Shown here one piece after another: positions 30,187 to 40,077 of a stretch of 64,000 bases of DNA (the first letter of the stretch is position 1; the number at the start of each line of letters is the position of its first letter). The stretch spans positions 224,001-288,000 of the forward strand of contig CAVQRT010000003.1 in NCBI GenBank assembly GCA_963715195.1. The letters run 5' to 3'. Origin of the DNA: Thermodesulfovibrionales bacterium (GTDB lineage: Bacteria > Nitrospirota > Thermodesulfovibrionia > Thermodesulfovibrionales > SM23-35). The translations under genes and the position numbers were made by a program. The notes under the pieces are model-generated. The model did not search any database and was not told the DNA's origin. It worked only from the letters and a program-made list of their open reading frames with translations.

Positions 30187-31263
30187 TCAAGCGTCAAGAC
30201 TTAGTTCAGTCACAAACCTCGCAACGAGATCACCGACTTCGGTCGTCCCATAGCCCATCCTGCCCGCTGCAAGGCTCTTGAGATGTTTCCCCGTAACCTC
30301 TATCACTGCCTTTTCGAGGATATCTGCGGATTTCTGCTCACCGAACTGTTCGAGCATCATCCCACCTGCACAGATTGCTGCCAGAGGGTTCACAACATTC
30401 TGTCCGGTATATTTCGGAGCGGAACCACCGATTGGCTCGAACATTGAGACGCCCCCGGGATTGATGTTTCCCCCTGCGGCAATGCCCATGCCACCCTGGA
30501 TCATGGCACCCAGATCAGTGATGATGTCCCCGAACATGTTGTCCGTCACAATAACATCGAACCACTCAGGGTTCTTCACAAACCACATCGTTGTTGCATC
30601 AACATGCGCATAATCAACCGCGATATCCGGATATTCCTTGGCAACTTCATAAAAGACCCTTTCCCAGAGGTCAAAAGCGAACGTCAAAACATTCGTCTTC
30701 CCGCAGAGGGTAAGTTTCCTGAGTTTATTTCTCTTTCTGCAGTATTCGAAGGCGAACCGTATACAGCGTTCGACACCCTTCCGCGTGTTGATTGATTCCT
30801 GCACTGCGACTTCATCAGGGGTGCCTTTCTTCAGCACCCCTCCTGCTCCCGCATAGAGGCCCTCGGTGTTTTCCCTCACAACAACGAGATCGATATTCTC
30901 AGGTTTTTTGTTCTTGAGCGGACAATCAACGCCCGGGTACAGCTTGACGGGTCTTAAATTGATATACTGATCAAGCTCAAATCGTAATCTCAGGAGGATC
31001 CCTTTCTCAAGGATTCCCGGTTTTACATCAGGATGCCCTATGGCACCGAGGTAGATAGCATCAAATGTTCTCAATTCATCTACTGCACCGTCAGGGAGTA
31101 TTTCACCGGTTCTCAGGTACCGGGCACCGCCAAAATCGTATTCGTGAAAGTTGAAAGCAATGCCGAATCGCGAAGATATTGCCTCCAGCACTTTGATGCC
31201 CTCCCGGATGACTTCCGGTCCGGTTCCGTCACCGGGAATCACTGCGATGTTATATGACCGCAT
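30187..31263 (-). CDS. leuB: 3-isopropylmalate dehydrogenase
   Basis: GDGTGPEV, NLRP, RENTEG, NMFGDI, FEPIGGSAP; downstream of leuD. Confidence 0.88.
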   Translation of the reverse strand: MRSYNIAVIPGDGTGPEVIREGIKVLEAISSRFGIAFNFHEYDFGGARYLRTGEILPDGAVDELRTFDAIYLGAIGHPDVKPGILEKGILLRLRFELDQYINLRPVKLYPGVDCPLKNKKPENIDLVVVRENTEGLYAGAGGVLKKGTPDEVAVQESINTRKGVERCIRFAFEYCRKRNKLRKLTLCGKTNVLTFAFDLWERVFYEVAKEYPDIAVDYAHVDATTMWFVKNPEWFDVIVTDNMFGDIITDLGAMIQGGMGIAAGGNINPGGVSMFEPIGGSAPKYTGQNVVNPLAAICAGGMMLEQFGEQKSADILEKAVIEVTGKHLKSLAAGRMGYGTTEVGDLVARFVTELSLDA

Positions 31264-31289
31264 CCACAGTTCTCCTGTCTATTTTCTCT

Positions 31290-31802
31290 CTATGTATCAT
31301 TTCTTACTTCTGTTCCTAATTTTCTCTTCGTCCATGCAATGAGCCCTCCGGCATCGATCAACTCCTGCATGAATGGTGGAATGGGGTTTGCCTTGTAAGC
31401 CTCCTTCGTTATCAGATTCCTGATGATGCCTTCATTGGCCTCAATCTCCACCTCATCATTTTCCTTGATCTTCTCCGATGCTTCGGTTGATTCGAAGATG
31501 GGCAGCCCGATATTAAATGCATTGCGATAGAATATCCGCGCGAAGCTTTTTGCAATCACAGCCTGAATTCCCGCAGCCTTTATTGCGATGGGAGCATGTT
31601 CCCGTGATGAACCACATCCGAAATTTTTACCGGCGACAAGAATATCACCTGATTGAACCTTGCCCGGGAACTCCTTATCAGCATCCTCCATCACATGCCT
31701 GGCAAGCTCCTCCGGCTCAGAAGTGTTCAAATACCGTGCCGGTATAATCGCGTCTGTGTCAATATCATTTCCAAACTTCCACACTCTGCCCTTTAGCAGC
31801 AT
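31290..31802 (-). CDS. leuD: 3-isopropylmalate dehydratase small subunit
   Basis: [28 protein letters not shown]. Confidence 0.93.
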   Translation of the reverse strand: MLLKGRVWKFGNDIDTDAIIPARYLNTSEPEELARHVMEDADKEFPGKVQSGDILVAGKNFGCGSSREHAPIAIKAAGIQAVIAKSFARIFYRNAFNIGLPIFESTEASEKIKENDEVEIEANEGIIRNLITKEAYKANPIPPFMQELIDAGGLIAWTKRKLGTEVRNDT

Positions 31803-31944
31803 TTCTCCTCCGTATTACCTGGTAAAAACTGACAGCTATTATAGGAGATTCTTCGCTTTATTAACAAGTCAGAGCCGAATCTGCGTGCGTGAAGAATGCT
31901 TACATAAATGGAATCGGGTGCGAATTTTTGATAGAGTAATGAAC

Positions 31945-33018
31945 ATGATAGAGGTCGACGGCAGTTTCAGGGAAGGCGGCGGGCAGATCCTCCGGACCGC
32001 ACTGAGCCTCTCCTGCCTTCTGCAAAAGCCGTTCAAGATATATGACATCCGGAGAGGGCGCAGAAAACCGGGCCTTATGCCGCAGCATCTTGCCTGTGTC
32101 CGTGCAGCCAAACTCATCTCGAATGCACATGTCACTGGTGATATAATAGGTTCTGCTGAATTGTTTTTCTCACCGGGTAAGGTAAAGAGCGGGGATTATC
32201 TTTTTGATATCGGAACCGCCGGTTCTACATCCCTCGTTTTACAGACCATCATCCCCGCAGTACTTTTATCGAAAGTCGAAAAGACCACCATAACACTCAT
32301 CGGTGGGACCCACGTTCCTTTCAGTCCGTGTTTTCATTATCTCGCAAATGTTTTTTCTGCGATGTTGAAGCTCATAGGAATTGATCTAACCCTTTCTATA
32401 GTTTCATACGGGTTTTACCCAAAGGGAGGCGGAAAAATCAGTGCTGTAGTAAATCCATCAGAAGAAATCAGACCGTTAAGAGTCATCAAAAGGGGCAATC
32501 TTGAACGCCTGGCAGTGATATCCGGTGTCGGTAATCTCCCGTTATCAATAGCGGAGAGGCAGAAAGATGGTTTTTTCAGGAAGTTCCGAGCTTTCATGAC
32601 GGACAGTATATGTCCTGTTGGTTTTGAAATAATGAATGTATCAACCCCCGGCCAGGGGACCTTTTGCTTTCTTCATGCAGAATCAGCAGAATCGCTCGCA
32701 GGCTTTACAACGCTCGGAGCGAGAGGGAAAAAAGCCGAGCTTGTCGGACAAGAGGCTGCAGAAGAATTTCGTGATTATTATTTTACCGGCTCAGCACTTG
32801 ACCCTCATTTATCAGACCAGATTATTCTATATCTTGCGATGTGCGGAGAAGAATCAGTATTTTCCACTTCCCGTATTACCGAACATCTGCTGACAAACCT
32901 GCGGGTGATAGGATTATTCCATAAATATTCTTATGAGGTTAGAGGTGAGCATGGCAAACCAGGGACTGTTCGAATCAATCCGTCCAGCAATAATATGGAA
33001 GACATCTATATGGAATAA
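31945..33018 (+). CDS. rtcA: RNA 3'-terminal phosphate cyclase
   Basis: DGS..EGGGQILR, PGL.PQHL, GGTHV, GFYPKGGG, D.HLSDQ; start at MIEVDG. Confidence 0.92.
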   Translation: MIEVDGSFREGGGQILRTALSLSCLLQKPFKIYDIRRGRRKPGLMPQHLACVRAAKLISNAHVTGDIIGSAELFFSPGKVKSGDYLFDIGTAGSTSLVLQTIIPAVLLSKVEKTTITLIGGTHVPFSPCFHYLANVFSAMLKLIGIDLTLSIVSYGFYPKGGGKISAVVNPSEEIRPLRVIKRGNLERLAVISGVGNLPLSIAERQKDGFFRKFRAFMTDSICPVGFEIMNVSTPGQGTFCFLHAESAESLAGFTTLGARGKKAELVGQEAAEEFRDYYFTGSALDPHLSDQIILYLAMCGEESVFSTSRITEHLLTNLRVIGLFHKYSYEVRGEHGKPGTVRINPSSNNMEDIYME

Positions 33019-33019
33019 T

Positions 33020-33041
33020 GTCAGGCATATGCGCCTGACAT
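33020..33041. terminator. Hairpin between convergent genes
   Basis: TGTCAGGC-ATATGC-GCCTGACA. Confidence 0.45.
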
Positions 33042-33064
33042 ATAATGTATCCTTGGGTTACTAC

Positions 33065-33478
33065 CTATAAACATTTTTCTTTTATCGGCAAGAGCCGTGT
33101 GAACTCCTCAGGCAACCTCTGTGGTTTCCCGTCTTTTCCGATACAGGCAAGCCTCACGTTCGCCTCCACCAAAAGGGTTTCCCCCCGGAAAATGCGGTGA
33201 CTGAGGGTTATGGTGACATTTGTAACATCTTGTACTTCTGTTGTAACATCAATGAGATCCCCGAGAACCGCCGGTTTTTTATACTGAACGTCAACATTTA
33301 CGACTGCAAAAAGGTATCCTTTCGCGTGATAGCTTGAGACATCGATTCCTCTTTCAGCCAGCAATTCAGTCCTTGCACGTTCCATGTACCTCAGATAGTT
33401 TGCATAATAGACGACTCCCCCTGCATCGGTGTCTTCGTAATAGATCTTAACGTTATGATGGTGAACCATGATTTTCAC
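33065..33478 (-). CDS. YbgC/FadM family acyl-CoA thioesterase
   Basis: YYEDTDAGGVVYYANYL..ERAR. Confidence 0.9.
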   Translation of the reverse strand: MKIMVHHHNVKIYYEDTDAGGVVYYANYLRYMERARTELLAERGIDVSSYHAKGYLFAVVNVDVQYKKPAVLGDLIDVTTEVQDVTNVTITLSHRIFRGETLLVEANVRLACIGKDGKPQRLPEEFTRLLPIKEKCL

Positions 33479-34110
33479 TATTTTGATTTCAGAATAATAT
33501 ATGTTGCCCCTAACCCTCCGTCATTATACCTTGCAGTGGCATAAGCCAGAATCCACTTGCTGAATGACCTGTGGAGCAGCCGCTTCAGTGCTTCCTTGAG
33601 GACAGGCCCCTGAGGCGACCTGAGCCCCCTGCCATGAATCACCTTCAAACAGAAGAAACGTTTTTGAATCGCTTGCCTGAAAAAAAACGACAAAGCTTCT
33701 TCAGCCTCGATGAGCGTCATGCCATGGAGGTCGATTGTATCCTGAACAGAGTAATCCCCGCGGTGGAGTTTCTGTATAATATCTTTTCGCGTATGAGGCC
33801 TGACCCATGCGATATATTCAGCCGTATCAGAGAGCCTCATCTTTGTCTCTCCTCTCACAATGCGATTCAGGATATCAAGGGAATCATCCTTCTGACGCGG
33901 CAGCGGATCAACTTTTGTGCCATGTCCAGGTAAAATGTTCCTGAATTCCGGGATTTCCCTGACATCAGACATGGCTTCCCTGAATAACTCCTCGTCGGAT
34001 TTCCCTTCTGCGACATCAGGCTCCTTGAGAGGAAAATGCCTGTTTTCGAGGACAGTCTTCAGCCCTTTGAAGGGTGTATGGGTAAGTTTTGACATCCTCA
34101 CCGTTCTCAT
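33478..34110 (-). CDS. Smr domain protein
   Basis: IDLHG, VIHGRG..S, VLK, GG.GATYI. Confidence 0.9.
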   Translation of the reverse strand: MRTVRMSKLTHTPFKGLKTVLENRHFPLKEPDVAEGKSDEELFREAMSDVREIPEFRNILPGHGTKVDPLPRQKDDSLDILNRIVRGETKMRLSDTAEYIAWVRPHTRKDIIQKLHRGDYSVQDTIDLHGMTLIEAEEALSFFFRQAIQKRFFCLKVIHGRGLRSPQGPVLKEALKRLLHRSFSKWILAYATARYNDGGLGATYIILKSK

Positions 34111-34204
34111 ACACTATTATAGTAAACTTGAGCAATATGACAAACGGTCCGGTACAATAGTATCATGCATACCAAAGTCTGTTTCAATATTCGGCCTCTT
34201 AGAT

Positions 34205-34303
34205 TGTCATTCCCGCTTGATGGGAATCGTTCTGTTTTCCCCGTCGAAAATGAGGATAAAAAGGGCTGGTTATAAAAAAGATTCCGGACAAGCCGGAATG
34301 ACA
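34205..34303. repeat. GTCATTCC-type REP-like element (inverted relative to 17541)
   Basis: TGTCATTCCCG..GGGAATC ... GATTCCGGACAAGCCGGAATGACA. Confidence 0.8.
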
Positions 34304-34375
34304 GATTTGAAAATCTTAAATAAATTCCCAGACTTTTGAAATGATTCACATAAACATGCATTAAGAGGTTCATGA

Positions 34376-35626
34376 GTGAAATTTGACATTTTTCCATATC
34401 TGCAGGTCTTTCGCAGCCGGCGGATCGCTGTCATAACATTCCTCGGTTTTGCTTCCGGTCTTCCCCTTGCCCTCACCGGTGGAACCTTACAGGCATGGAT
34501 GACTGTATCCGGTGTCGATCTTCGGACAATCGGGATATTTGGATTGGTGGGATTACCCTATACCTTGAAGTTTCTGTGGTCGCCTTTCATGGACCGTTTT
34601 ATACCTCCCTGGCTCGGGAGACGGAGGGGATGGATAATCACCACGCAGATGTGTCTTGTTATCGGCATTTCAGCCATGGCTTACAGTTCACCACAGCATG
34701 CCCCCTTCTTCCTTGCCATGCTCGCCCTGTTCGTGGCCTTTACCTCTGCATCTCAGGATATCGTGATCGACGCGTATCGCACTGATATCCTTCGTGAGCA
34801 GGAGCGCGGCTTTGGCGCTGCTGTATTCGTGACAGGCTACAGGATTGCGGCGCTTGTTTCAGGGGCTCTCGCGCTCATCCTTTCCGACCGCATCGGCTGG
34901 CAAAACACCTATTTACTTATGGCCGGGATAATGGGTATCGGGATTGTATCAACTCTTCTCGGCCCGGAACCTGAGGGGAATTCAACCCACCCGGGAAGCA
35001 TGAAAGAAGCGATTTGGGGCCCGATGAAAGATTATTTTTCGAGGAATGCAGCCCTTTTGCTCCTGCTTCTCATTATCCTGTATAAACTGGGAGATGCATA
35101 TGCAGGAACCCTCACGACTGCATTTCTCCTCAAAGGTCCCGGTTTTTCAGCAAGCGAGGTCGGAACCATCAACAAGGGGCTCGGTTTTGCCTCGGTTATC
35201 ATCGGGGCACTGATCGGCGGAACTCTGATGATCCGGCTTGGTCTCTTCCGCGCTTTACTCATCTTCGGAATACTCCAGGCGGTATCCAACCTTTCTTTTA
35301 TGCTTCTTGCCTTAACAGGTAAAAATTATGGAGTGCTCATCTTCACCGTGGCCTTCGAAAATCTGACCGGCGGCATGGGAACTTCCGCCTTCGTTTCCCT
35401 TCTCATGGCAATGTGCAACCATCGTTATACTGCAACGCAATACGCACTCCTGTCTTCCCTTGCGGCGCTCGGGCGTATTTTCATATCACCCACATCCGGG
35501 TTTCTGGTGGAATCAGTCGGCTGGGCTTACTTCTTTTTTACGACCTTCCTCGTCGCCTTGCCCGGTTTGTTGCTCCTCTGGTGGCTTAGAGATGTAATTA
35601 CAGGACTGAAAACTCAGGTTGATTGA
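34376..35626 (+). CDS. ampG: Muropeptide MFS transporter
   Basis: GFASGLP, KFLWSP..D, GRRRGW, SASQDIVIDAY, YTATQYAL. Confidence 0.92.
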   Translation: MKFDIFPYLQVFRSRRIAVITFLGFASGLPLALTGGTLQAWMTVSGVDLRTIGIFGLVGLPYTLKFLWSPFMDRFIPPWLGRRRGWIITTQMCLVIGISAMAYSSPQHAPFFLAMLALFVAFTSASQDIVIDAYRTDILREQERGFGAAVFVTGYRIAALVSGALALILSDRIGWQNTYLLMAGIMGIGIVSTLLGPEPEGNSTHPGSMKEAIWGPMKDYFSRNAALLLLLLIILYKLGDAYAGTLTTAFLLKGPGFSASEVGTINKGLGFASVIIGALIGGTLMIRLGLFRALLIFGILQAVSNLSFMLLALTGKNYGVLIFTVAFENLTGGMGTSAFVSLLMAMCNHRYTATQYALLSSLAALGRIFISPTSGFLVESVGWAYFFFTTFLVALPGLLLLWWLRDVITGLKTQVD

Positions 35627-35630
35627 TGAG

Positions 35631-36368
35631 CTATTGCTGCACCTTAGGCCTGAACACAACGATTCCCGGCTTTCCCGCGACATACTCCCTGAAATCCTGA
35701 TCAACCACTTTTCTGTACTCGGGCTGTGAGGATGCGTGCCTGAAATATTCGATGTCGTCATGCCTGATGATAAACCCTGCGTGGGAAACATCCAGACCAT
35801 TCACATGAGAAAATATCCCGATGTAATCACCAGATTTGAATTTATCGATCACCTCTCTGTCAACCGCCTCAGAAGGGATATAACTGATGTCGCGGATCAC
35901 GGGCTGAATCCCCTGCAAAAAAGATGTCCCGTCTTCCTTTTCATTTAATTTTTTACGGACACAGACTGTCCTTTTTCCTCCGACGCGGTCTGTAATATCC
36001 TCAACATAATCTGCATTGTTTTCCTTCCAGTCGGTAAAAAAATGGTTGCGTGCATAAAAATCAATAATCCCTGATTTGTACCTCACCTTTTTCAGATGTG
36101 CCAAGAACTCAGAGAAGGATGATGAAAGGCGCATCGCTTCAATGTACTCAATAAAGGTCATGCAATCGACCCTTTGCAGATTGACAACAAAAACCTCACG
36201 CGTGTTGCTATCACCTATAAGGGTCGATCCGGAATAGCCAGCACCAAGAAAATGATCCGAGAGAAACTGTATGCGTGCACCGGCATCTTCCATATCAGAC
36301 GCCGTTCTCATGATATGTTCCAATTCTGCAAAGGTATGATTGCCCGGGATTATTTGTTGCCGGTTCAT
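35631..36368 (-). CDS. DUF1460 / NlpC-P60-like N-acetylmuramoyl-L-alanine amidase
   Basis: VDCMTFIE, RNHFFTDW, GLDVSHAG, HASS. Confidence 0.8.
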   Translation of the reverse strand: MNRQQIIPGNHTFAELEHIMRTASDMEDAGARIQFLSDHFLGAGYSGSTLIGDSNTREVFVVNLQRVDCMTFIEYIEAMRLSSSFSEFLAHLKKVRYKSGIIDFYARNHFFTDWKENNADYVEDITDRVGGKRTVCVRKKLNEKEDGTSFLQGIQPVIRDISYIPSEAVDREVIDKFKSGDYIGIFSHVNGLDVSHAGFIIRHDDIEYFRHASSQPEYRKVVDQDFREYVAGKPGIVVFRPKVQQ

Positions 36369-36401
36369 GATTCATTTATAATAAACCGGGTGCTGCATGA
36401 A

Positions 36402-37340
36402 ATGAAAATCACTGATATCCATACCCACGGGATTGCTGGTTACGACACGAGAGAAACCACTGAAGAGCATATCCTCAAAATTGCTGAAATTCATGGTTTC
36501 CATGGGGTCTCAGATATTCTTCTTACCATCTATCCGTCTTCTGTCCAGGAAATGCGGAGGGATATGGAGACTGTCAGAAAGGCTGCAGAGATTCAGCAGT
36601 CATCAGTTCGTCTGCATCAACCGGGTTCGCAAAATCAGAATATCACACAAGTAGGTCCTTCACAAGAATTTCTGCCTGCCGCCTGTCGGCTGGCAACCAT
36701 TTCCGGCATTCATCTCGAGGGCCCTTTTCTGAACCCGGACCGGTGCGGCTCTCTGAATGCTACCGCATGTATCAAACCAACAGAATATATGTTGAAGAAC
36801 CTTACCGAAGGGTTTGAAAATCTCATCAAAATCATCACGATTGCTCCTGAAATTCCAGGCGCTCTCAGTCTGATAAGAACAATAACCGATATGGGTGCTG
36901 TCGTCAGCATGGGGCATTCTGATGCTACCTACGCAGAGGCAGAGGAAGGGTTCCATGCAGGCGCAAAGGGTATCACGCATCTTTTCAATGCGATGCGCGG
37001 TTTCCATCACAGGGAGCCCGGAATTGCGGGTTTCGGGCTGTTCAATCAGGATATATATACCGAGATTATCGCAGATCCTTTCCATCTGCATGACCGGGTT
37101 ATTGACATGATATTCAACATAAAGAATCCTGACAAAATCATCATCATCTCGGATAGTGTCAAAGAAACAGACAGAGAAATCAGCAGCTCAGGAATCAGGA
37201 ATGACCGCGAAAGACTCTTGGGAGGCAGCATGGCGGTTACCGGGTCCGCAGAGAGACTCGTCAACATGGGATATGATAAAGATATCATCATGAGGTGCAT
37301 AACCAAAAATCCACGGGCATACCTTTCCTGTTTTCGCTAA
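36402..37340 (+). CDS. nagA: N-acetylglucosamine-6-phosphate deacetylase (compact)
   Basis: DIHTHG, HLEGPF, APE, GHS, THLFNAM, ISD. Confidence 0.85.
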   Translation: MKITDIHTHGIAGYDTRETTEEHILKIAEIHGFHGVSDILLTIYPSSVQEMRRDMETVRKAAEIQQSSVRLHQPGSQNQNITQVGPSQEFLPAACRLATISGIHLEGPFLNPDRCGSLNATACIKPTEYMLKNLTEGFENLIKIITIAPEIPGALSLIRTITDMGAVVSMGHSDATYAEAEEGFHAGAKGITHLFNAMRGFHHREPGIAGFGLFNQDIYTEIIADPFHLHDRVIDMIFNIKNPDKIIIISDSVKETDREISSSGIRNDRERLLGGSMAVTGSAERLVNMGYDKDIIMRCITKNPRAYLSCFR

Positions 37341-37409
37341 TCCGGACAGATTTATTGGAGAGTTATGTATAATTACTAATGAGGTCATAAGTATGAAGAC
37401 ATTCATTAC

Positions 37410-37458
37410 AAAATCGCTCCTATTCTCCCTTTGCCAAAGAGGGATCAGGGGAGATTTT
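37410..37458. repeat. CCCT-TTGCCAAA-GAGGG type palindromic element
   Basis: AAAATC..CCCTTTGCCAAAGAGGG..GGAGATTTT imperfect hairpin; single copy in the window. Confidence 0.4.
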
Positions 37459-37526
37459 TTCAACAATGATACCTTACTTATGCACTCCTTGTTCATTACA
37501 TGAGAAAGCTCTCGGGAGGTTACAGT

Positions 37527-37742
37527 ATGGCAGAAAAGGTTATTATCTACGGGAAAGACGGCTGACCTTATACAGAAAAAGCTAGGTCAGCGTACAAGGA
37601 GAATGCAGTTTATCTGAATGTGAAAACGGATTCTGCACAGTTGGAGGAAATGCTGAAGCACTCCGGCGGCGTCAGAAAGGTACCCGTAATTCTTGAAGGA
37701 GACAAAGTAACCATTGGGTACGGCGGCACCTGAGGCGTTTAA
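37527..37742 (+). CDS. Glutaredoxin-like selenoprotein with two Sec (UXX-star type)
   Basis: GGGAGG SD; MAEKVIIYGKDG-U-PYT...VRKVPVI..GDKVTIGYGGT-U-GV*; TGA at 37563 and 37731, each followed by a hairpin. Confidence 0.85.
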
Positions 37743-37778
37743 TCAGCGGTCGTGAACCGCAAGGAAAATCGTCAAACA

Positions 37779-38651
37779 ATGAAGGGCATTATTCTCGCAG
37801 GAGGCAGTGGGAAAAGGCTCTATCCGGTAACGCTCGGGGTCTGCAAACAGCTGTTGCCTATTTACGACAAACCAATGATCTATTATCCACTGTCCGTCCT
37901 CATGCTCGCCGGGATACGCGACATCCTCATCATCTCCACGCCCCAGGACCTGCCACGGTTTATCAATATATTTGGTGACGGCACTTCATTGGGAATCAAT
38001 TTTTCATACCGGGAGCAGCAGCGTCCAGGCGGCATTGCCGAGGCATTTCTTCTTGGTGAAAAATTTATCGGGCACGATCATGTCTGCCTTGTACTCGGAG
38101 ATAATATTTTTTATGGTCATGGACTGACAACTCTGCTGAATAAAGCCGAGAACGATGTCAGACAGAACGGTGGTGCCGCAATATTCGGGTATTATGTCAA
38201 TGACCCCGAACGGTATGGCGTCGTTGAGTTCGATGAACACGGCTCTGTTCTTTCGATAGAAGAAAAGCCCAAAGCCCCAAAATCCAAGTATGCAGTTACC
38301 GGCCTCTATTTTTATGACCAGACGGTTGTTGAGATTTCGAAAAAGATGAGACCGTCAAGGCGGGGCGAGCTTGAGATTACCGACGTAAACAGGGAATATT
38401 TGAAAATGAAAAAGCTGAGAGTGGAGTTGATGGGCCGCGGATATGCCTGGCTTGATACCGGAACCCACGAAAGCCTTCTCGAAGCAGGAGAGTTTATTGC
38501 AACGATAGAAAAGAGGCAGGGGCTCAAAATAGCCTGCATAGAAGAAATATCCTATAACCTGGGGTATATTGACAAAGAGCAGCTGTCACGGCTTGCACAG
38601 AATTATAATCACAATGATTACGGGAAATACCTCTTGCGGTTAGGAAAATAA
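37779..38651 (+). CDS. rfbA: Glucose-1-phosphate thymidylyltransferase
   Basis: [29 protein letters not shown]. Confidence 0.96.
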   Translation: MKGIILAGGSGKRLYPVTLGVCKQLLPIYDKPMIYYPLSVLMLAGIRDILIISTPQDLPRFINIFGDGTSLGINFSYREQQRPGGIAEAFLLGEKFIGHDHVCLVLGDNIFYGHGLTTLLNKAENDVRQNGGAAIFGYYVNDPERYGVVEFDEHGSVLSIEEKPKAPKSKYAVTGLYFYDQTVVEISKKMRPSRRGELEITDVNREYLKMKKLRVELMGRGYAWLDTGTHESLLEAGEFIATIEKRQGLKIACIEEISYNLGYIDKEQLSRLAQNYNHNDYGKYLLRLGK

Positions 38652-38657
38652 CAGCCC

Positions 38658-39218
38658 ATGCCATTTATGTTCCATCGCCTTGATATCCCTGAAATTATCC
38701 TCATCGAACCCCGCAGATTTGAGGACAGGCGGGGTTTCTTCATGGAAACGTACAAGCACTCGGATTTTCTCCGGAACGGGATCCATGAGCATTTTGTACA
38801 GGATAATTATTCCCGCTCTGTGAGAGGTGTACTACGTGGGCTCCATTATCAGAGACCTCCGCATGCACAGGGCAAACTGGTCCAGTGCATCAAAGGGAAA
38901 ATCTTCGATGTGGCTGTTGACATCAGAAAAGGTTCTCCGACATATATGCGCTGGGTAAGCACCGAATTGTCTGAAGAAAACACCCGGATGTTCTACATTC
39001 CTCCCGGTTTCGCTCATGGGTTCCTCGCGCTGAGTGATATCGCCGACGTCATCTATAAATGCACCAGAGAGTATTCAGCGGAAAATGACCGGGGGATTAT
39101 CTGGAATGATCCTGACATACAGATACAGTGGCCGGTGCAGGAGCCTGTCCTCTCTGAAAAGGACAACAGTCATCCCTTCTTGCGGGAAGCTGACAACAAT
39201 TTCGCATATACAGCGTAA
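38658..39218 (+). CDS. rfbC: dTDP-4-dehydrorhamnose 3,5-epimerase
   Basis: D.RGFF.E, FVQDN.S.S..GVLRGLHYQ, GFAHGF. Confidence 0.95.
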   Translation: MPFMFHRLDIPEIILIEPRRFEDRRGFFMETYKHSDFLRNGIHEHFVQDNYSRSVRGVLRGLHYQRPPHAQGKLVQCIKGKIFDVAVDIRKGSPTYMRWVSTELSEENTRMFYIPPGFAHGFLALSDIADVIYKCTREYSAENDRGIIWNDPDIQIQWPVQEPVLSEKDNSHPFLREADNNFAYTA

Positions 39219-39219
39219 T

Positions 39220-40077
39220 ATGAAAATCCTTCTAACAGGCGCCAATGGACAACTTGCAGGAGAATTTCAGCGGTTGCTTGAGCATTATCCTCATGAGGTT
39301 GCTGCTCTTGACAGGGAAATGCTGGACATATCAAACGATGACCATGTTGAACAAGCGTTTATCGCCCACACCCCGGATATTGTTTTCAACTGTGCTGCAT
39401 ATAATCTCGTCGACCGGGCCGAGCAAGAATATGAATCCGCCTTCAGGGTGAATGCCATGGGAGTGAGAAACCTTGCACGTGCATCCAAAAAAATGGACTC
39501 CCTTCTCGTTCATTTCAGCAGTGATTATGTCTTTGATGGAACGAAGGAAGACTTTTACACCGAGGAGGACATAACGAATCCGCTGAACAAATACGGAGAG
39601 AGCAAGCTTTCCGGAGAGCTGTTCCTGAAGGAAGAAACTGATAACTTCCTGCTGTTCAGAGTCAGTTGGGTGTTCGGGGCAGGGCAACAGAACTTCCTCT
39701 ATAAACTGCTGGAATGGGCAAAACAGAAAAAACTTCTGAAAGTCGTATGTGACCAGATTTCGGTGCCGACATGCACGAGAGATATCGCCCATTTAACGAT
39801 GTTTGCCATCAATAAAGGATTGAGAGGCGTCTATCATCTTACCAACAGCGGATATGCAAGCCGGTACGAAGTTGCGAGGTTTTTCCTTGAAAAGACCGGC
39901 ATGGACAACCTGGTCCTTCCCGTCCGGTCTGATGCTTTTCCCTCTCCGGCAAAGAGACCCTACTTCTCCGCAATGTCGAACATCAAGCTTTCCCGGGCAT
40001 TGGACGTGCAGATACCGGACTGGAGAATCGGCATAGAAAGTCATGTAAAGTACCTGTTCGAAAAAGGGGAAATCTGA
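39220..40077 (+). CDS. rfbD: dTDP-4-dehydrorhamnose reductase
   Basis: TGANGQL, CAAY..VD.AE, SSDYVFDG, YGESK. Confidence 0.94.
   Translation: MKILLTGANGQLAGEFQRLLEHYPHEVAALDREMLDISNDDHVEQAFIAHTPDIVFNCAAYNLVDRAEQEYESAFRVNAMGVRNLARASKKMDSLLVHFSSDYVFDGTKEDFYTEEDITNPLNKYGESKLSGELFLKEETDNFLLFRVSWVFGAGQQNFLYKLLEWAKQKKLLKVVCDQISVPTCTRDIAHLTMFAINKGLRGVYHLTNSGYASRYEVARFFLEKTGMDNLVLPVRSDAFPSPAKRPYFSAMSNIKLSRALDVQIPDWRIGIESHVKYLFEKGEI

Noticed and set aside
31660..31944. N-terminal extensions given by the track for rtcA (likewise 1349, 7189, 26856, 36174, 39034)
   Set aside because: They overlap neighbouring genes; family homology starts at the downstream ATG.
37752..37778. GTG start for rfbA
   Set aside because: It lies in the loop of the SECIS-like hairpin; the family N-terminus MKGIILAGG begins at 37779.
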